DNA of 64,000 nt from Clostridia bacterium (GTDB lineage Bacteria > CBDUZB01 > JAGLHV01). The DNA is taken from NCBI GenBank assembly GCA_030637025.1, contig DAOVVV010000006.1, forward strand, positions 1-64,000. The letters are read 5' to 3'. Both the position numbers and the translations under genes were made by a program. Positions 8,633 through 17,953 of this stretch are shown here, one piece after another. Under the pieces are notes generated by a model. That model had not been told where the DNA came from. It was given only the letters and a program-made list of their open reading frames with translations, and did not search any database. How positions within the stretch are numbered: the first letter of the stretch is position 1; every line of letters starts with the position of its first letter.

Positions 8633-9076
8633 ATGAAAGGGTTTGTATGCAAAGTTTGTGGATTTATCTCAATTGACGGAGAGGCGCCGGAAAATTGTCC
8701 TGTGTGTTATGCCCCGAAAACCTCTTTTGAGGAAAAGGAGGAGGCTATAAAGACCCCTATGGATGTTGATAACTTAACTGAATTAGAAAAAAAACATGTA
8801 CCGGTGATTGTTGTTAAAAAAGAATGTAAACTAATACCGGGGGGTTGTGAAGATGTTCATGTAAAGATAGGAGAAATACAGCATCCAATGTTGCCGGAAC
8901 ACTATATTAGACACATTGATTTTTACATTGACAAAAAATTTGTATCCCGGATGATATTAACTCCTGAGAAACTTAATTCCGCTGCAGCATTACATCTTAA
9001 AGCAGGAAGTGGAAAGCTCACGGTTATAGACGATTGTAATCTGCATGGGAACTGGATAAAAGAAGAAGATTTGTAA
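8633..9076 (+). CDS. Superoxide reductase (desulfoferrodoxin family) with N-terminal rubredoxin-like domain
   Basis: CKVCG...CPVC; EKKHVP, HPM..EHYI, CNLHG; start after AGGAGG. Confidence 0.85.
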   Translation: MKGFVCKVCGFISIDGEAPENCPVCYAPKTSFEEKEEAIKTPMDVDNLTELEKKHVPVIVVKKECKLIPGGCEDVHVKIGEIQHPMLPEHYIRHIDFYIDKKFVSRMILTPEKLNSAAALHLKAGSGKLTVIDDCNLHGNWIKEEDL

Positions 9077-9639
9077 AACGGGTAGGCCGATTTTTGCAGT
9101 AATGCTTTTCTTTAATTGGTGGCTTGCATTGATTGCTCTTTTGCCCATAGTTAAAAATTTTAAAATACCAACACATATATTCCTTTCCGAAAAAAGAGAT
9201 TACATATTTTTTTATATTGTAAAGTTTTTATGAAAGATTAGCAATTTAATCCTCTTTATCATCATATAATCCCCGGAATTCTAATAGTTAAAAATTTACT
9301 GTTCATTTTGAAGCATTTTTAAAAATCTGCAAAGCGGAAGGCGATACTAATATAGATGATCTGCTTCGTTAGAAAAGAACGTAATACAGGAAATATCAGG
9401 AATAATGTCACGAAATAAAACATTGCGGAAAATGAAAGATATGTGATACAATAACTATGGTACGATTAGACATTAATTTGATTCCAAATTTGTAGAGGTC
9501 TTCTAAAAGTAGTTGAATAATAAAAAGTATTCGGGGGAAGTACCAACTTTATAATAAACATATCTGAGCAGTTAAAAAGAACGAAGCATGCATCTTTCAG
9601 GTTACTAATATAAAAACTACAGAAAGAAGAAAAAAATAA

Positions 9640-11520
9640 ATGGATAGGTCTCCACTCGATAGTGAAGAAAAATATCGTGCTGTTTTTGAAACATCACCCG
9701 ACCTCTTATACCTGCTCGGTCCCAATGGAAAGATTTTGGAATGTAATGATATGATGCTGAAAACACTCGGGTATTCCAGAGATGAACTTATTGGGATGAA
9801 ACTTCTTAATTTATATGCAGATGAATCTAAATCCTATGCCAGAGAATGCTTCAAGGAATCGTTGAAGACGGGTAAATTGAGAAACAAAGAATTGAAAATA
9901 GTGACTAAGGATGGAAAAAAAATAGATGTCGAGTTAAATCTTAACACAATATATGATTCTAAAGGTAAGGCAATTTACTCAATTTCATCTCAAAGGGATA
10001 TTACTCGACGCAAGCAGATGGAAAAGGCACTTATTTCTGAGCGGAATAAACTGATTAATATCTTGGATTCGACGGAAGATGGAATATATATTGCTAACCA
10101 AAATTATGATATTGAATACATAAATTTAGTGCTTAAGAAAGAATTTGGTCCAATCAAAGGACGGAAATGTTATAAATACTTTCATGGCCGCAAAAAGGTG
10201 TGTCCCTGGTGCAAAAACCAGGAAGTAATTAAGGGAAAAACTGTTCGATGGGAATGGTATTCTTTCAAGAATCATAGGACTTATGAGCTTGTTGATATAC
10301 CGTTAAAGAATTCTGACGGCAGTGTTTCAAAGTTAGAAATATTCCGTGATGTTACTGAGCGAAAAAAAATAGAAGAATCATTAAGACTTAGTGAAGAGCG
10401 ATATGCACTAGCCCAACGGCATGCAAAGATCGGCACTTGGGATTGGAATATTCAGACTGGTGACCTTACCTGGTCTGAACAGATCGAGCTTATTTTTGGG
10501 TTTGGCCGTGGAGAATTTGGTGCAACTTATAAAGCGTTCCTTGAATGTGTCCACCCTGAAGATCGTCAATATGTTATTGATTCAGTTAACGATTGTATAG
10601 AAGAAGGTAAGGATTATGATATTGAACATCGTATCCTTTGGTCAGATGGTAATATCCATTGGGTTTTGGAAACAGGTAATGTTATCCGTGATAAGACGGG
10701 TAAAGCAATCCGTATGCTTGGAATCGTTCGGGATATTACCAGGCGCAAAGAAATGGAAAAGGAACTGATACAAAAAAAGGAAGAGATTGAAAGAGGGAAC
10801 AAAGAGTTAGAAAATAGAGTAGAAGAAAGTATAAAAAAAATACAAGAAGCAGAAAAACTTGCCTTAGTAGGTAAACTTTCTGCAGGTATTGTTCATGAAA
10901 TAAATAATCCGTTATATGGTATATCTAACTACATAGAACTCTTACTGGATGAGGAAGAAAAGGAAGAGCGGAATAGACATTTAAAAATGATTTCTCAGGG
11001 TATAGATATTATTAAATCAGTAACAAGTAATCTATTGGATTTATCTCAACTTGGCAAACTCAATCTGGAACGAGTTAATATAAACAAATTGTTAGAAGAA
11101 GTATTGTCTTTTTCCATGCCAAATATACAAAAGGCAAAAGTAAAAACAGTGGTACAAACAGATAAGAATATTCCGGATATACTTTTGGATAAGAATAAAA
11201 TAAAAGAAGTATTTTTGAACTTAATAACTAATGCCAGGGAAGCAATGCCTGATGGAGGTAAACTTAAAGTTAGGAGTAAATTAGGTGATAAAAAAGTTAA
11301 TATTTATTTTAGTGATACCGGGGTTGGAATACCGGATGAAAAGGTGAAACATGTATTTGAACCGTTTCATTCTGATAAAAGGAAACAAGGTAAACGTGGT
11401 GTAGGATTAGGACTCTTTATGGTTTCCAATATTGTTTCTATACATAACGGTGAAATTAAAGTAAAAAGCGCTGAAAACAAGGGCACCACAGTTGAAATAA
11501 TTTTACCGGTGAATGTATAA
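9640..11520 (+). CDS. Multi-PAS sensor histidine kinase (HisKA/HATPase)
   Basis: Three PAS/PAC units; HEINNPL H-box; NLITNA, DTGVGI, GVGLGL boxes. Confidence 0.92.
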   Translation: MDRSPLDSEEKYRAVFETSPDLLYLLGPNGKILECNDMMLKTLGYSRDELIGMKLLNLYADESKSYARECFKESLKTGKLRNKELKIVTKDGKKIDVELNLNTIYDSKGKAIYSISSQRDITRRKQMEKALISERNKLINILDSTEDGIYIANQNYDIEYINLVLKKEFGPIKGRKCYKYFHGRKKVCPWCKNQEVIKGKTVRWEWYSFKNHRTYELVDIPLKNSDGSVSKLEIFRDVTERKKIEESLRLSEERYALAQRHAKIGTWDWNIQTGDLTWSEQIELIFGFGRGEFGATYKAFLECVHPEDRQYVIDSVNDCIEEGKDYDIEHRILWSDGNIHWVLETGNVIRDKTGKAIRMLGIVRDITRRKEMEKELIQKKEEIERGNKELENRVEESIKKIQEAEKLALVGKLSAGIVHEINNPLYGISNYIELLLDEEEKEERNRHLKMISQGIDIIKSVTSNLLDLSQLGKLNLERVNINKLLEEVLSFSMPNIQKAKVKTVVQTDKNIPDILLDKNKIKEVFLNLITNAREAMPDGGKLKVRSKLGDKKVNIYFSDTGVGIPDEKVKHVFEPFHSDKRKQGKRGVGLGLFMVSNIVSIHNGEIKVKSAENKGTTVEIILPVNV

Positions 11521-11540
11521 AAGAAAACAGGAATTTTAAC

Positions 11541-12188
11541 ATGACTACAAGTATTTTAATTGCTGATGACCATGAAATTGTTCGGGATGGATTAGCACAG
11601 ATATTAAACAAAAATTCCGATATAAAGGTAATAGGACAGGCAAGAGATGGAATGGAGGCAGTGAAACTCTGTGATAAACTTAAGCCGGATATAGTTATTA
11701 TGGATATAGGCATGCCAATATTAAATGGTATAGAAGCTGCTAAACGAATTATAGCAAAAGATAAATATATCAAAGTTATAATACTATCTATGTATTGTGA
11801 TGATACTAGTGTGATGCGTGCTGTAGAATCAGGAGTATCGGGGTTTGTGACAAAAAAAGGTGCAAGTAAAGAATTGATTGAAGCCATACATGCTGTAGCA
11901 GCCAAAAAATCGTATATGAGCCCTGAAGTTTCATCTCAAATATTTGAAAACATAAGATACCATAGAGATACCAAGAATAAATTAGATGTTCTTACGAAAG
12001 CAGAAAGACATATATTGCAGCTAATTGCAGAAGGATATACTACTAAAGAAATAGCAAATATGTTAGAAATAAGTTTTCACACTGCAAAAACACACCGCAA
12101 CCACATAATGGAAAAACTTGATTTACATACCGTTGCTGACCTTACCAGATACGCCCTGGAAAATAAAATTACCTTAGACAACAAATAG
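11541..12188 (+). CDS. NarL/LuxR family response regulator
   Basis: IADDH, MDIGMP receiver; LT..ER.ILQLIAEG..TKEIA..L.IS LuxR HTH. Confidence 0.93.
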   Translation: MTTSILIADDHEIVRDGLAQILNKNSDIKVIGQARDGMEAVKLCDKLKPDIVIMDIGMPILNGIEAAKRIIAKDKYIKVIILSMYCDDTSVMRAVESGVSGFVTKKGASKELIEAIHAVAAKKSYMSPEVSSQIFENIRYHRDTKNKLDVLTKAERHILQLIAEGYTTKEIANMLEISFHTAKTHRNHIMEKLDLHTVADLTRYALENKITLDNK

Positions 12189-12387
12189 TATTTTTTCTCA
12201 AATTTACTCCGTTAGAAATTTTGAAAATATTGAAGTCTGATAGCTGCAATTTTAATTCTCCAATCTACTTTGGCGAAATTTCTACCGGGTTTGGGAATAG
12301 GTTATTTTTTTTCAAAAAATAGGGCATTTGACCGATTGTTATATTTATGAAGTCATGTATAATAGACGGGAGGAGGGTAAAAGTTTT

Positions 12388-12786
12388 ATGATTTCGGCTA
12401 ACAAGTCACCTAGAGTTTTAATTGTCGATGACGATAAATATACGAGAGACAGTGTAAGGGCCCTTATGTCAAAATGGCATATTGAGATAGATGAAGCGGA
12501 AAGTGGTACTGTTGCAATCGAGAAGTTGAAAAAAAGAAAATATTCATTGATGTTACTTGATATGCGAATGGAAGATAAAAATGGCTTGGATGTTTTGGAA
12601 GAGATGAAAAGATGCAATATTTCTATTCCAACCATATTGATAACAGCGTATCCTTATGATGAATGTGTTGAAATAGCAATGAAAGACAATGTAGTTCTAT
12701 ATCTTGCTAAGCCACTTAATTTAGGTGAATTAAAGAAAGCAGTTGCAGGTTTCATTGATATCTCCGGCACTAAACAATACAATTAG
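12388..12786 (+). CDS. Single-domain response regulator
   Basis: VLIVDDD, LLDMRM, ITA, LAKP; start after GGAGG. Confidence 0.88.
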   Translation: MISANKSPRVLIVDDDKYTRDSVRALMSKWHIEIDEAESGTVAIEKLKKRKYSLMLLDMRMEDKNGLDVLEEMKRCNISIPTILITAYPYDECVEIAMKDNVVLYLAKPLNLGELKKAVAGFIDISGTKQYN

Positions 12787-12803
12787 TAGAATTGGAGTAA
12801 GCT

Positions 12804-12905
12804 ATGTTAGCAGAAATTACGGATAACGGCTTTGAGAAAAATGTAAAAAGGACAGGATATTCTTTTGTAATTGTATTCTCTTCATCAAGGAAAAACAATT
12901 TATAA
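12804..12905 (+). pseudogene. Thioredoxin-like N-terminal fragment
   Basis: RBS GGAG; MLAEITDNGFEKNVKRTGYSFVIVF resembles a thioredoxin N-terminus, diverges and stops before WCxxC. Confidence 0.45.
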
Positions 12906-12941
12906 GATAGGCATTCTAAATAGTCAGATAGGAGGTCTTGT

Positions 12942-13112
12942 ATGGAATTATGGAGATTTATTAAACCGTTTGGTATTGTAACTTATGTTTTAATTTTGTT
13001 GACTTTAATAAGTGGATTATTCAGATGGAAACTGAAATATCACAAAACATTAGCTATTTCTACTTTGATTTTGGCGAGTATACATGCTTTAATTGTAATT
13101 TTATATCATTAA
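12942..13112 (+). CDS. 56-aa two-TM membrane microprotein with H-x13-H helix (not in ORF track)
   Basis: RBS AGGAGG; MELWRFIKPFGIVTYVLILLTLISGLFRWKLKYHKTLAISTLILASIHALIVILYH. Confidence 0.7.
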   Translation: MELWRFIKPFGIVTYVLILLTLISGLFRWKLKYHKTLAISTLILASIHALIVILYH

Positions 13113-13127
13113 GGAGGTGATAATCTT

Positions 13128-13484
13128 ATGAAAAGAATCTTTTTCGTAGTTTTTTTGGGATTGATCTTTTTAGGTTGTGGTAAGAAGGAAGAGGTAAAAA
13201 AAGAAATGGTGATGGAAGAGCAGGAGATTATGCATCATGAAAAGACGGAGCACTATGTAGAAATGGAGAAAACGGAAAAAGGTATAGAACAACAGGGTGA
13301 AGTAGTAATCAGAAAACCACTTGAAGGTGAAATAGGGAAAGCAGTTACCTGTCCGGTAATGGGAACTAAATTCAAAGTAAAAAAGAACGGATTAGTTGCT
13401 GATTATAAGGGTAATAGTTATTACCTGTGTTGCTCAGGGTGTATAGAACCATTTAAGAAGAATCCTGAGAAATACGCTGAATAA
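13128..13484 (+). CDS. YHS/TRASH domain lipoprotein (metal, probably copper, binding)
   Basis: Lipobox IFLGC; Met/His/Glu-rich linker; CPVMG...YYLCCSGC...F.KNPEKY. Confidence 0.82.
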   Translation: MKRIFFVVFLGLIFLGCGKKEEVKKEMVMEEQEIMHHEKTEHYVEMEKTEKGIEQQGEVVIRKPLEGEIGKAVTCPVMGTKFKVKKNGLVADYKGNSYYLCCSGCIEPFKKNPEKYAE

Positions 13485-13572
13485 AAACTGAAGGAACTCG
13501 GAATTCTTCACACTGTCGTGGCACAGATGGTTTTATGTGCCAGAGTATGTATAGAGAGGAGGTGAAATAAAG

Positions 13573-13704
13573 ATGGCAGTGGAAAAAACAGGAGAAAAAT
13601 ATAGATGTAATGTTTGTGGCAATGAAGTTACTGTCACCAAGGCAGGGGGTGGTGAATTAGTGTGTTGTGATCAACCAATGGAAAAGATAGGAGAGGGGGA
13701 CTGA
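13573..13704 (+). CDS. Desulforedoxin-like FeS4 iron-binding protein (43 aa, not in ORF track)
   Basis: RBS AGGAGGTG; YRCNVCGNEVTVTKAGGGELVCCDQPM. Confidence 0.88.
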   Translation: MAVEKTGEKYRCNVCGNEVTVTKAGGGELVCCDQPMEKIGEGD

Positions 13705-13784
13705 AAAAGCCAAAAGATCCAGTATTCAGGATGGATGTTGATAAAAACAAAATAACCCAAAGGAATTATAAAAAAATTAAAAAC

Positions 13785-14471
13785 ATGAAACAATTTTCCA
13801 TAATAATACCAGTATTTAATGAAATGCATATTATAAATTCTATTATTGAACATCTTTATACTTTAAAAGGAGAAGAAGATTTTGAAATTATAGTTGTTGA
13901 TGGAAATTCTGAAAGAAAAACTATAAAGACTATTAATGATGAAAGAATAATTGCAATTACTTCTGAAAAAGGACGTGCTAAACAAATGAATACCGGGGCT
14001 GATATTGCTAAAGGGAAAATTCTTGTTTTTGTTCATGCTGATACTAAATTACCTGAAAATGCGTTAAAAAAAATTAGCAAAATATTAAAAAAAGATAATT
14101 ATATAGGCGGAGCATTTGATTTGGAAATAGATTCGAATAATCTGATTTTAAAATTCATATCTTATACCGCCTCTATCAAGGCAAAATTTACTAAGGTACC
14201 GTATGGTGATCAGGTAATTTTCATAAGGAAAGATTATTTTAATAAAATTGGCAGGTATAAAGAAATTTCACTTATGGAAGATGTAGAATTAATGCAAAGA
14301 ATTAAGAGAGAAGGAGGCAAAATTTTCATCATTAAAGACAAAGTAAAAACTTCACCAAGGAAATGGATAGAAAATGGGATAATTTATAATACTTTAAAGA
14401 ATAATATAATAAGATTACTATATTATTTTGGAGTATCGACGGAAAAGCTGGCAAAATTTTATTATAACTAA
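13785..14471 (+). CDS. GT2 glycosyltransferase, rSAM/selenodomain-associated transferase 2 (TIGR04283 type)
   Basis: SIIIPVFNE, GRAKQMN.GA, FVHADT, PYGDQ..F, MEDVE, TSPRKW. Confidence 0.88.
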   Translation: MKQFSIIIPVFNEMHIINSIIEHLYTLKGEEDFEIIVVDGNSERKTIKTINDERIIAITSEKGRAKQMNTGADIAKGKILVFVHADTKLPENALKKISKILKKDNYIGGAFDLEIDSNNLILKFISYTASIKAKFTKVPYGDQVIFIRKDYFNKIGRYKEISLMEDVELMQRIKREGGKIFIIKDKVKTSPRKWIENGIIYNTLKNNIIRLLYYFGVSTEKLAKFYYN

Positions 14472-14483
14472 GGATCTTCAATT

Positions 14484-16469
14484 ATGGGACAAAAAACATT
14501 CTGGAATGAGAAGACGGTGTATAAGGACCAAATATCTATAGCCCAGATCAATCTTGGCAATAGGTGTAACCAGAATTGTACTCATTGTCATATAGCTGCA
14601 TCGCCTAAGGGTAACAAAAATATGAATTCTGTAACAGCAGAAAAAATAATGAATAAACTTTCTGCTTCAGATATAAGAGATATAGAATTTACAGGCGGAG
14701 CACCGGAACTAAATAATAACTTAAAAATTTTTGTTGAAAACTTATCAAAACAGAATAAAAATTTAATTGTAAGAACGAATTTAACTGCTCTTGATTTATC
14801 TGAATGTTCATTTTATATTAACTTATTTAAGAGAAATAAAGTAAAACTTATTGCTTCACTGCCGAATGTTTTTAAAGAAATAGTTGATAAACAACGGGGC
14901 AACGGTGTTTTTAACAAAAGTATAAAAGTTTTAAGAAAATTAAATAAAATTGGGTATGGCACAAATGGATTATCTCTGGATCTTGTATATAATCCAATTG
15001 CAGATTTTTTACCACCTGACCAAACACAAATTGAAAATGATTATAAACAAGGGTTAAAAGATAAATATGATATTTATTTTAATAACCTTATAACAATAGT
15101 TAACTCACCAATAAAACGGTTTAAAAAATTTCTTAAAAGAGAAGGGCAATTGAATAATTATATAGAATTACTTAAAAAACATTATAATCCAGCTACACTT
15201 GATAACATAATGTGTCGTAAATTAATTTCTGTCGACTATGCCGGGGATGTATACGACTGCGATTTTAATCTTGCTTTGAATAGAAAAATAAAGAATTGGG
15301 AGAATATTAAATTCTGGGATATAAATTTCAATAATTTTAGACCAACAATTAGTTGTGATAATCACTGTTATGCTTGCACTGCAAATCGTGGTAGTAGTTG
15401 TCATGGAGTTTTAATAAAAGATTTTGATGTTAAAAAGAATGTAAAAGAATATTATGGCGAAAAATTACAAAAGACATCAGATTTGAAAACAAACGCCTGT
15501 TGTACCGTTGAGGCTATACCTGAACGGATAAAGAGTTCCCTATCTTTAATATACGATGAAATAAAGATGAAATATTATGGCTGCGGTTCACCGATTCCTA
15601 TTGAGGTAAAAGGATTGAAAGTGCTGGATGTAGGTTGTGGTACTGGTAGAGATTGTTACATCATGTCAAGACTTGTTGGAGAAAAAGGGATGGTTTATGG
15701 TATAGATATGACGAAGAATCAAATAGATGTTGCCCAAAAATATGTAAAAAACCAAACAGTAAAGTTTGGATATAAAAAACCAAATATAAAGTTTATTAGG
15801 GATTATATAGAAAATATCGGTAAACATTTTGAAGATGAATATTTGGATATTGTGATGTCAAACTGTGTAATAAACTTGACAGAAGATAAAGAAGCAGTTT
15901 TAAAACAGGTTTGTAAGATTTTAAAATTTGGTGGTGAATTTTATTTCTCTGATATCTACACTGATAGAAGATCTCCTGACCCGGTTAGAAAAAATCCAAT
16001 ATTATACGGGGAATGTTTAGGGGGAGCATTGTATTATAAAGATTTTGATAGGATAGCGAGAAAAGTTGGATTTACGAATCCCCGTGTTATATCCAAAAGA
16101 GAAGTTAAAATAAACAATCCTAATATAAAAAGCCTGGTTGGAAATATAAAATTTTATTCTATTACATATCGCTTATGGAAACTAAAAGGACTTGAAGATG
16201 CATGCGAAGATTATGGGCATATAGCAATATATAATGGCGGAATACCTGAATCACCTTTTAAGTTTGAGCTGGATGATGTACATGTTTTCTATAAAGGGAA
16301 ACCTGAAAGAGTCTGTGGAAATACCGCACTTATGTTGTCACAGACAAGGTTTAAAAAGTTTTTTGTCATATGTGGTGGTTTTAATGAACATTTTGGTGAA
16401 TTCAAAGATTGTTCAAATGTAAGTAAAGATGATACAAGTAATTCCACTGATGGGGGTTGTTGTGAATAA
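14484..16469 (+). CDS. arsS-arsM: Fusion: arsenosugar radical SAM ArsS (with DUF3641-type tail) + arsenite methyltransferase ArsM
   Basis: CNQNCTHC, TGGAPELN, YDCDFNLAL, HCYACTANRGSSC; then VKEYYG, TNACC, YYGCG, LDVGCGTGRD, SNCV, GECLGG, C-terminal GGCC. Confidence 0.88.
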   Translation: MGQKTFWNEKTVYKDQISIAQINLGNRCNQNCTHCHIAASPKGNKNMNSVTAEKIMNKLSASDIRDIEFTGGAPELNNNLKIFVENLSKQNKNLIVRTNLTALDLSECSFYINLFKRNKVKLIASLPNVFKEIVDKQRGNGVFNKSIKVLRKLNKIGYGTNGLSLDLVYNPIADFLPPDQTQIENDYKQGLKDKYDIYFNNLITIVNSPIKRFKKFLKREGQLNNYIELLKKHYNPATLDNIMCRKLISVDYAGDVYDCDFNLALNRKIKNWENIKFWDINFNNFRPTISCDNHCYACTANRGSSCHGVLIKDFDVKKNVKEYYGEKLQKTSDLKTNACCTVEAIPERIKSSLSLIYDEIKMKYYGCGSPIPIEVKGLKVLDVGCGTGRDCYIMSRLVGEKGMVYGIDMTKNQIDVAQKYVKNQTVKFGYKKPNIKFIRDYIENIGKHFEDEYLDIVMSNCVINLTEDKEAVLKQVCKILKFGGEFYFSDIYTDRRSPDPVRKNPILYGECLGGALYYKDFDRIARKVGFTNPRVISKREVKINNPNIKSLVGNIKFYSITYRLWKLKGLEDACEDYGHIAIYNGGIPESPFKFELDDVHVFYKGKPERVCGNTALMLSQTRFKKFFVICGGFNEHFGEFKDCSNVSKDDTSNSTDGGCCE

Positions 16470-17238
16470 GGATATATACTGTAACTTTAATAATTTATTT
16501 ATTAGCTTTATATTATTGCTCACTATAGGAATAGATTTTGTGTCTGCTGAGGCACCTTTTTTTAATATTAGCAGTTATGTGGTTTCTGGAGTGAAAGAAG
16601 ATATTAAATTAAATCTTATTGATTATGAAAGTCTTTCAAAAAATAGTGGGTTTTCCGGTGTATTTAAATTTTTACATAAATTTAACCCGGATAAATTAAA
16701 ATCAGATGATGAGAAAAAAGCGTTCTGGATAAATGTTTATAATTATGGAGCAATAAAAATAGTTGTTGATAATCTCCCGCTAAATTCAATAAAAGATGCA
16801 GGAACAATTTTTTATTCGGTATGGAAAAAAAAGTTGATAGTTGTTGGAGGTAAAAGGTATTCGTTAGATGATATTGAACATAAAATATTAAGAAAAGAAT
16901 TTAATGATCCGAGAATACATTTTGCAATTGTTTGTGCATCTTTAAGTTGCCCGGATTTAGCAGTAGGACCTTTTACTGCGAAAAATCTTGGTGAACAGTT
17001 AGATATAGCCACAAGGAAATTTCTTAAGAATAAGACTAAAGGGATTAAATTAGATAGAAAAAAAAATATATTATATATATCAAAAATATTCAATTGGTTT
17101 GAAGATGATTTTATAGTATATAAGAATGTTTTAAGTTTTATAAAGAAATATGCCCCGCAGGATGTCATTAAACATTTAAAAAAACACGATGTTAAAATAG
17201 AATATTTCCATTATGAGTGGTCATTAAATGAGCAATAA
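16462..17238 (+). CDS. DUF547 domain protein with signal peptide
   Basis: AFWINVYN, SLDDIEH.ILR, DPRIHFAIVCASLSCP, YEWSLNE; probable GTG start overlapping upstream stop. Confidence 0.88.
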   Translation: MNKDIYCNFNNLFISFILLLTIGIDFVSAEAPFFNISSYVVSGVKEDIKLNLIDYESLSKNSGFSGVFKFLHKFNPDKLKSDDEKKAFWINVYNYGAIKIVVDNLPLNSIKDAGTIFYSVWKKKLIVVGGKRYSLDDIEHKILRKEFNDPRIHFAIVCASLSCPDLAVGPFTAKNLGEQLDIATRKFLKNKTKGIKLDRKKNILYISKIFNWFEDDFIVYKNVLSFIKKYAPQDVIKHLKKHDVKIEYFHYEWSLNEQ

Positions 17239-17953
17239 CACAAATTGTATTCTTTTTTTTGTTAAATATCCTGAAAAAGGGAAAGTTAAAACACGTATTT
17301 CTGCACAAATTGGGGAGAGTCCCGCGGTAAGTTTGTACAGAAATTTTATATTAGATTTGTTAACCACTTTGAATAAAATAGAGGTGCCTTTATATATATG
17401 TTATTATCCTAGAAATTCAAAAAGAAAATTCTTTGATTGGTTAGGAACAGAATATAATTATATGTTACAAAAAGGGCGGAATTTAGGTGAAAAGATGAAA
17501 AATGCTTTTTTCCAGGTATTCAAAAATGATTATGATAAAGTTATTGTTATGGGGAGTGATAGCCCTGATTTGACTCGTGAAATAATTATACAAGCTTTAT
17601 CATCGCTCGAAACAAATGATGTTGTAATAGGTCCTTCTTTTGATGGGGGATATTATCTGTTAGGATTCAGGAAAAATACTTTTTATCCGTACGTATTTAA
17701 GGGAATTAAATGGAGTACAAATTCTGTTTTTGAGAATACAATTAATATTCTGAATAAGAAGGGATATAAAATTAAAATTTTAAATAAATGGCAGGATATA
17801 GATATAGTTGATGATTTAAAAATACTTATCGATAGAAACAGAAAAACTGAATTTAAAAATTCTAAAACAATCAAGTATCTTTCAGAACTTAATCTGAGCG
17901 CATTACAAACAGGAGAAAAAGAGTGTATAAAAAAATCTCTGATTATGGATTAA
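17228..17953 (+). CDS. rSAM/selenodomain-associated transferase 1 (TIGR04282/DUF2064 type, CofC-like fold)
   Basis: KYPEKGKVKTR, Q.G.NLGE.M, GSDSPDL, GPSFDGGYYLLG, WST, DID..DDL. Confidence 0.9.
   Translation: MSNNTNCILFFVKYPEKGKVKTRISAQIGESPAVSLYRNFILDLLTTLNKIEVPLYICYYPRNSKRKFFDWLGTEYNYMLQKGRNLGEKMKNAFFQVFKNDYDKVIVMGSDSPDLTREIIIQALSSLETNDVVIGPSFDGGYYLLGFRKNTFYPYVFKGIKWSTNSVFENTINILNKKGYKIKILNKWQDIDIVDDLKILIDRNRKTEFKNSKTIKYLSELNLSALQTGEKECIKKSLIMD

Noticed and set aside
11456-11905. 149-aa minus-strand ORF and other short minus-strand or alternate-frame ORFs in the track
   Set aside because: They overlap well-supported + strand genes and look like antisense or frame shadows.
15390-15407. 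Selenocysteine readthrough in ArsS
   Set aside because: Codon is TGT; I found no in-frame TGA at Sec-typical positions in this or the other redox genes.
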